Below the pieces are notes generated by a model that was given only the letters and a program-made list of their open reading frames with translations, did not search any database and was not told where the DNA came from. 64,000 nucleotides of DNA from an uncultured Gammaproteobacteria bacterium (GTDB lineage: Bacteria > Patescibacteriota > Microgenomatia > CAZETR01 > Amesbacteraceae). Location of the stretch: the NCBI GenBank assembly GCA_964518565.1, contig CAZFGX010000001.1:524470-588469 (forward strand), read 5' to 3'. Made by a program: the position numbers and the translations under genes. Shown here in pieces: positions 59,025 to 64,000 of this stretch. Position 1 is the first letter of the stretch, and each line of letters begins with the position of its first letter.

Positions 59025-59032
59025 AAGTCAAT

Positions 59033-60274
59033 TTGCATTGTATCATTGTAACCATGATCTGGGCAATAGCGGCCTGTGTTGGCATTATTCCGATAATTTT
59101 ATGGGGTATAGAAAGTCCTACATATTCTATATATGGCCTAGGACAAATCGCCGCTTTGGTCGGTATTAGTTTATTTGCGTTTAATATTTTTCTGAGCGGT
59201 AGATTCAAATGGTTTGAACGTGTATTTGGTCCCATAAATCGAATTACTATTTATCACCATCTCATTGGTATCTGTGTCTGGATTTTATTTTTGGTTCATC
59301 CAATACTTCTTACCTCAAGTTACGGCCTCCAACTCTTACTCCCCACAATCTCTCCATGGACACAATCTCTCGGCCAATTAGCATTTTTAGGCCTAAACAG
59401 CTTGATTATTTTGTCCTTATTTATCAAACTTCCCTATCACATCTGGCGCTATACACACAAATTTTTAGGCGTTGTATATGTCATTGGCCTGATCCATGCA
59501 CTATTTATTCCTTCGGGAGTTTTTGTATTGATTAAAATTTATATCGTCTGTACTGCTTTGATTGCTTTGGCAACGTATATATACAGAACCGTATATGGCA
59601 AAATTCTCGTCCCTCGTAGCCTTTATACAGTCACCAGCGTCAAATCTCATGCAGACATAACAGAAATAGAACTTACTGCACAAAACAAACCTCTCATCCA
59701 CGAACCAGGCCAATTTATATTTATTTCTTTCGATGCTCCAGGATTTACCGAAGCCCATCCATTTTCCATCACCTCTCAACCAAACAACCCCACTCTCAAT
59801 CTGAGCGCAAAAAACTCTGGTGACTATACAAAACTCCTCCCCCAACTACCTCTAGATACCACCGCACATGTCGAAGGACCATTTGGCCGTTTTTCATATG
59901 CATTCCATACACGAAAAAACATGATTTGGATTGCTGGTGGGATTGGCATCACCCCATTTTTAAGTATGGCTTCGACTCTCCCCAAATCAAACTATCAAGT
60001 TACTCTATATTACGTGGTTAAAACCAAGCCAGAAGCAACGTATACCAACTTGCTCCAGCGCCTATATAACAAAAATCTATCAGTCATTGTTCATGAATCC
60101 GAAAAATCTGGCAGATTTACCAGTGACATTTTGGCCAAAAACCACTCAAATCTTACACAACAAGATATTTATATCTGTGGACCACTTCCCATGATGAAAT
60201 CTCTACGTTCACAATTAAACCAGTTAGGTATTCGCCATAGTCACATTTTTACTGAAGAATTTTCTCTCACCTAG
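59033..60274 (+). CDS. NOX/ferric-reductase-like transmembrane flavocytochrome
   Basis: Six TM segments with paired His (e.g. 'HHLIGICVWILFLVHP' and 'HKFLGVVYVIGLIHAL'). FAD site 'HPFSITS'. NAD(P)H site 'GPFGRF...IAGGIGITPFLSM'. Confidence 0.7.
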   Translation: MHCIIVTMIWAIAACVGIIPIILWGIESPTYSIYGLGQIAALVGISLFAFNIFLSGRFKWFERVFGPINRITIYHHLIGICVWILFLVHPILLTSSYGLQLLLPTISPWTQSLGQLAFLGLNSLIILSLFIKLPYHIWRYTHKFLGVVYVIGLIHALFIPSGVFVLIKIYIVCTALIALATYIYRTVYGKILVPRSLYTVTSVKSHADITEIELTAQNKPLIHEPGQFIFISFDAPGFTEAHPFSITSQPNNPTLNLSAKNSGDYTKLLPQLPLDTTAHVEGPFGRFSYAFHTRKNMIWIAGGIGITPFLSMASTLPKSNYQVTLYYVVKTKPEATYTNLLQRLYNKNLSVIVHESEKSGRFTSDILAKNHSNLTQQDIYICGPLPMMKSLRSQLNQLGIRHSHIFTEEFSLT

Positions 60275-61701
60275 ACCGCTTGTACGCCAAAAATAGCTTC
60301 TGCTGCTGCCACAATATCATCTCCCACCTTACCTTGAATATTATCTGGTTTGACGACCTTTTTATCCCCCAGCGATAGTTTCAATTTTGCCACCGTCCCT
60401 CCAAATGCATCTGAAATAGCTTTCTCTATCAGAGATCGACATTTTTCAGACTCCAATTTGTCCTTATGAAAGGCATAAAATACTTCCAATTCTGCTGTAG
60501 TTCCATCAAAATCTACCGGTTTAGTCGAACGCAACAAGGCCTCTACAGAAGTATTTTGCGCTTTGACCAGTTTCAAAATATCTGGCCATTTCTCAACAAA
60601 ACTCTCCAGTTTTAGACCTGTCACCGTCCGCAACGGCTTGGCCACTACTGGCTGTTCTACTTTTGGCATTACCACTGGTTTGGTGATTTCTACTACTGGA
60701 ATAGGCTTAGGTTTAGCAAAAGCCAAGACAAACAGTTCAAGTGGTAGTTGAGCAACTGCCGCATATTTACTACGTTCATACACTTGTTCCAAGTGCTCAA
60801 CCAACAAATACTCATTTGCCAAACTTACTGTTGCCACTTTTGCCTTTTCCAAAATTTGCTCGTGCAAATAACTCAGCAATTGCTCCACAAATCCCCTCAC
60901 AGAAATCCCTTTTGCTACCAGCATTTCAACCATATCCAACGCCTCCACTGCTTTTCCATTTCGCACTAGTTCTAAAAACTGTTCTGGCCGAGCAAATTCA
61001 ACAATACCCAAAACACCGGCAACATCACCGCCAGCAATTATCACTTGTTCCAAAATTTTTATCGAATCTCGAAAACTCCCTCTACCTGCCCGGGATATCA
61101 GCAGCAAATCACTATCGCTATACGATTGCCCTTCGCCTATCGCTACCAATTTCAATTTTTCCTGTATCTCTGTCAGACTCGGAGTCGAAAAACGCACATG
61201 GATACATCTGGAAACTACAGTATCCAGCAACCTATCTGCTTCTGTAGTACACAATACAAATAATGCATGCGCAGGCGGCTCTTCCAAAGTTTTCAGAAGT
61301 GCATTCGCCGCTTCCGTAGTCAACATGTGCACCTCATCAATAATATAAACTTTATATTTTGCTCTCATTGGTGCTAAATGAACCTGATCTCGCAATATTC
61401 GAATCTCATCGATCCCGCGATTGCTTGCCGCATCAATCTCTATCACATCTGGACTATCCGCCCCACTTATAGCAATACACGATTCACATACACCACATGG
61501 TTCGCCATCTACACGAGATTCACAATTTACTGCTTTAGCCAAAATTCGTGCACTACTCGTCTTGCCTACACCTCTAGGACCAGTAAACAAAAACGCATGT
61601 GGCAGCTGCTTAGCCAAAACAATATCTTTGAGCATTTTACGAACAGCAGTCAAATCCAAATCGGCGATTTTTTGTGGTCGATATTTCAAATACAATGTCA
61701 T
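60271..61701 (-). CDS. dnaX: DNA polymerase III subunit gamma/tau
   Basis: 'KYRPQKIADL', 'FLFTGPRGVGKTSSARILAKAVNCE' and a Zn module 'CGVCESC'. The start is taken at the internal Met (MTLYLKY). Confidence 0.85.
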   Translation of the reverse strand: MTLYLKYRPQKIADLDLTAVRKMLKDIVLAKQLPHAFLFTGPRGVGKTSSARILAKAVNCESRVDGEPCGVCESCIAISGADSPDVIEIDAASNRGIDEIRILRDQVHLAPMRAKYKVYIIDEVHMLTTEAANALLKTLEEPPAHALFVLCTTEADRLLDTVVSRCIHVRFSTPSLTEIQEKLKLVAIGEGQSYSDSDLLLISRAGRGSFRDSIKILEQVIIAGGDVAGVLGIVEFARPEQFLELVRNGKAVEALDMVEMLVAKGISVRGFVEQLLSYLHEQILEKAKVATVSLANEYLLVEHLEQVYERSKYAAVAQLPLELFVLAFAKPKPIPVVEITKPVVMPKVEQPVVAKPLRTVTGLKLESFVEKWPDILKLVKAQNTSVEALLRSTKPVDFDGTTAELEVFYAFHKDKLESEKCRSLIEKAISDAFGGTVAKLKLSLGDKKVVKPDNIQGKVGDDIVAAAEAIFGVQAV

Positions 61702-61745
61702 GCTTGCTAGTTTTAAGCAATAATAAAACAATTTTCAAGCACAGA

Positions 61746-62114
61746 TTATTCGTGATGAATTCCCATCAAATGTTTACAACCATGATCTACTAAAAAATCT
61801 ATTTCTTCGTCTACAGATCGGCCATTTTCTCCTGCCTGCTTTACAGCCACCTGATAACACACCACCACATCTCCTAAATGCAAAATCCCATCTGCACCTG
61901 GCTGCTCTTCCAAAGGAAAAGACAACACATCAGTGGTTTCGTATGTTTCCATATATTTTTTATGCAATTGCTTCATTTTTTGCTCACCACAGATGACCAC
62001 GCTGACTTCCGCTTTATCCATAATTCCTTGTGCCGCTAGTGCCGAAATTACCGTACGACGTATCCTATCCTGATCTACTAAATATCCTCGAAACAAAACA
62101 TCAACTGTGATCAT
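61746..62114 (-). CDS. ybeY: rRNA maturation endoribonuclease YbeY
   Basis: C-terminal 'VDHGCKHLMGIHHE' matches the H..H....H zinc motif. 122 aa. Confidence 0.8.
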   Translation of the reverse strand: MITVDVLFRGYLVDQDRIRRTVISALAAQGIMDKAEVSVVICGEQKMKQLHKKYMETYETTDVLSFPLEEQPGADGILHLGDVVVCYQVAVKQAGENGRSVDEEIDFLVDHGCKHLMGIHHE

Positions 62115-62545
62115 ACCCCACCAAGCAATTCTCGTACGATACGGGCAACCATAGCACCATCAGCCTTACCTTTAAAAATTGGCGATATTACCCTCATGGC
62201 CGAACCAAAATCCGCAAATTTCCCATTTACAATTTCTGTTTGCAATCGAGTTCTAATCTCATCTTCAGACATTTGAGCTGGTAAGTATACTTGCAGTATT
62301 TCTAGTTCTTGTTGTTCTTGTTTGGCTTGATCCAAACGATCGCCCTTCGTATACGACTCAATTGCTTCTTTACGCTTTTTTACTTCTTTTTGCACAACAG
62401 CAATCACATCTTCTTCAGTCAAATCACGTTGCAAATCAATTTTTTTATAATTTAGCTCCGACAAAACCATTCGCAACACCGAAACCCTCAGCTGGTCAGC
62501 TGATTTCATCGCGGTCTTCAAATCTTCTTGAATTCGCAAAAACAT
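62111..62545 (-). CDS. GatB/YqeY-domain protein
   Basis: 'LKTAMKSADQLRVSVLRMVLSE' and 'ILQVYLPAQMSEDEI'. Confidence 0.8.
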   Translation of the reverse strand: MFLRIQEDLKTAMKSADQLRVSVLRMVLSELNYKKIDLQRDLTEEDVIAVVQKEVKKRKEAIESYTKGDRLDQAKQEQQELEILQVYLPAQMSEDEIRTRLQTEIVNGKFADFGSAMRVISPIFKGKADGAMVARIVRELLGGV

Positions 62546-62546
62546 G

Positions 62547-62732
62547 TTACCAAAGTCTCCGCTTCGTTTTACGGCGTTCTTTAATACGTTCTTGTTTTAC
62601 TCGAGATGGCTTTTTGTAAAATTCTCGATCTTTCAATTCGATCAATACTTCATCAGACAAGATTTTCTTGCGAAAATCGGCAATCAATTTGTCATCAGAT
62701 TGACCTGGTTTTTTTCTTACAATAGTTGGCAT
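62547..62732 (-). CDS. rpsU: 30S ribosomal protein S21
   Basis: 'MPTIVRKKPGQSDDKLIADFRKK...KKPSRVKQERIKERRKTKRR'. Confidence 0.85.
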   Translation of the reverse strand: MPTIVRKKPGQSDDKLIADFRKKILSDEVLIELKDREFYKKPSRVKQERIKERRKTKRRLW

Positions 62733-62819
62733 AATGTGGTAAATTCACTCTCCTTTCTCGATAGAGTATTCAAATTATAACCGTTACTACAGGACAAATT
62801 CAAGTAAAACAACTCTTTG

Positions 62820-63053
62820 CTACAGTTTAGAAGCATCAACACGGAGCTGGTTTAGTTCACCAGCATCTGAAGATTCATTCATCGAATCAAGCGATTTCAT
62901 CATGTCACGCACAGATTCGAACGAAACTTTTGCTCCTTCTACCTGAGCTCGAGGTTGATTCATTTTGTCATGAGAAATGATTACAAATCCAGATAACACA
63001 ATTACTGCCACAGAAGATAAAAACAACAGTTCGATAGCAGTTTTCTTTTTCAT
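62820..63053 (-). CDS. small membrane-anchored hypothetical protein
   Basis: 77 aa with an N-terminal TM. Confidence 0.3.
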   Translation of the reverse strand: MKKKTAIELLFLSSVAVIVLSGFVIISHDKMNQPRAQVEGAKVSFESVRDMMKSLDSMNESSDAGELNQLRVDASKL

Positions 63054-63057
63054 AATT

Positions 63058-63663
63058 TTATAAGGATTCTCCTAATGCGAACGCCAATGCTTTTACACTA
63101 TCTTTTACTGCTCGACGGGCAGACTCGACTTTTGCCATAGTGTCTTTTAGACTTTGCTCAAAAGCAGCTCTCGCAGAATTTACTTCACTTCTTAAACTAG
63201 ATTCCGAACCAGATAATGTAATAGTGCATGATCGATTTTTTTGATTTGCCACTGCAGTTCTTGCTTCTAAAATAGCAGCTTTAGCTTTATCGACACTAGT
63301 GGTAACCGGTGCTTTTTTTTCAGCAGATAGTGAAGCGGATTTTTGCGTCACTCGATCCAAAATAGTTGACATTGTATCCAGATGCTTTGTCATTGTCTCT
63401 ACTCTTCGAGTGTTGAGGTTGCACAATCTATTTTGCAAACTTTCGACAATCAATTTTTTACGTTCATCTTTAATTTTTTCCAATGCCTCTTTGTATGTCT
63501 CTTTTGCCTCCTTACGCATTTCTTTCAGTTCCGAAGCTCGAGATGCAGCGTTCTCTCTGGCATACGCACTACCTACAAAAGTCACACTGACTGCTACAAA
63601 CAGCAGAACATACTTCTTCATATATCTATAGTAATCCTCAAAATCGTGGTTGTCTACAATCAA
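63058..63663 (-). CDS. secreted coiled-coil hypothetical protein
   Basis: Signal/TM 'VLLFVAVSVTFVGSAYA' and a helical K/E/A-rich body. The start is probably the internal Met. Confidence 0.35.
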   Translation of the reverse strand: MIVDNHDFEDYYRYMKKYVLLFVAVSVTFVGSAYARENAASRASELKEMRKEAKETYKEALEKIKDERKKLIVESLQNRLCNLNTRRVETMTKHLDTMSTILDRVTQKSASLSAEKKAPVTTSVDKAKAAILEARTAVANQKNRSCTITLSGSESSLRSEVNSARAAFEQSLKDTMAKVESARRAVKDSVKALAFALGESL

Positions 63664-63991
63664 TCGACAAGGAAATGGAATTATTCCCTAAGGTTTTCAT
63701 TTTCATATTCGCAACCCAAATAACATGGTGATCGATAGCGATTTCCGTCCACTGTTCGGTTACGCCACTTGGCACTACATGTTCTTCTGTTTTTACTCCA
63801 GTAGACTTTTCGTATACACCATTGATTGCATTGGCACCTTCGCCAGAATAGGTAATTTGCACACCATGATACAAATTCGCCCCATCAGCTCTAATCTGAT
63901 GATTTTCACCTATTTGAACCACCGCTCCTTGCTCTAGATGCATTTCCATCGGAGGGGATTTTGGACAATATTGTTTTAGATCAATCGCCAT
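63638..63991 (-). CDS. hypothetical protein (5' end may extend past the window)
   Basis: ORF with no stop between its ATG at 63991 and the window end. No motif. Confidence 0.3.
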   Translation of the reverse strand: MAIDLKQYCPKSPPMEMHLEQGAVVQIGENHQIRADGANLYHGVQITYSGEGANAINGVYEKSTGVKTEEHVVPSGVTEQWTEIAIDHHVIWVANMKMKTLGNNSISLSIDCRQPRF

Positions 63992-64000
63992 ATCTGGCTG

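Noticed and set aside
1-64000. CRISPR array, rRNA genes, transposases/IS elements
   Set aside because: No regularly spaced direct repeats, no rRNA-like conserved blocks and no DDE/HTH transposase ORFs were seen anywhere in the window.

Overview
This is a 64 kb, roughly 40% GC, gene-dense bacterial chromosomal segment that reads in the standard genetic code: housekeeping proteins are full-length with no in-frame UGA. Housekeeping content is rich: gyrA (3' end), efp, dnaB, hisS, cysS, prfA, rpmE, rpsF-ssb-rpsR, rpsU, ychF, dnaX-ybaB-recR, rarA, ybeY, yebC, pfk, msrA and msrB, a Xer-type tyrosine recombinase, and one tRNA-Leu(CAA). The many small secreted or membrane-anchored hypothetical proteins, a GT39-like glycosyltransferase and the compact operons are compatible with a small-genome (possibly Patescibacteria/CPR-like) lineage; this is inference only. 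I found no rRNA, CRISPR array or obvious transposase.

The most unusual locus lies directly 3' of the tRNA-Leu, at 13.7-16.8 kb. Eight tandem, same-strand, diverged paralogous small ORFs of 107-121 aa sit in three terminator-delimited cassettes. Two of the terminators are near-identical at the nucleotide level. The proteins share a conserved N-terminal helix motif and an 'NPxF.F(T/S)DE'-like strand motif, and have no recognisable domain.

Other accessory-looking loci:
- An amino-acid permease, two ATP-grasp (Ddl-like) ligases and a SET-domain methyltransferase form one operon.
- An ABC-2 exporter is followed by three equal-sized polytopic membrane proteins.
- An envelope copper/redox operon encodes a PKD-domain protein, YcnI, a CopC-like protein, a membrane protein with duplicated 'HIHP' modules, then MsrA.
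- copZ lies next to a DUF318-type permease.
- A full-length NOX/ferric-reductase-like flavocytochrome is present.
- A DnaQ-exonuclease/GIY-YIG fusion is present.

All functional calls rest on remembered motif and family resemblance in the supplied translations; no searches were run.
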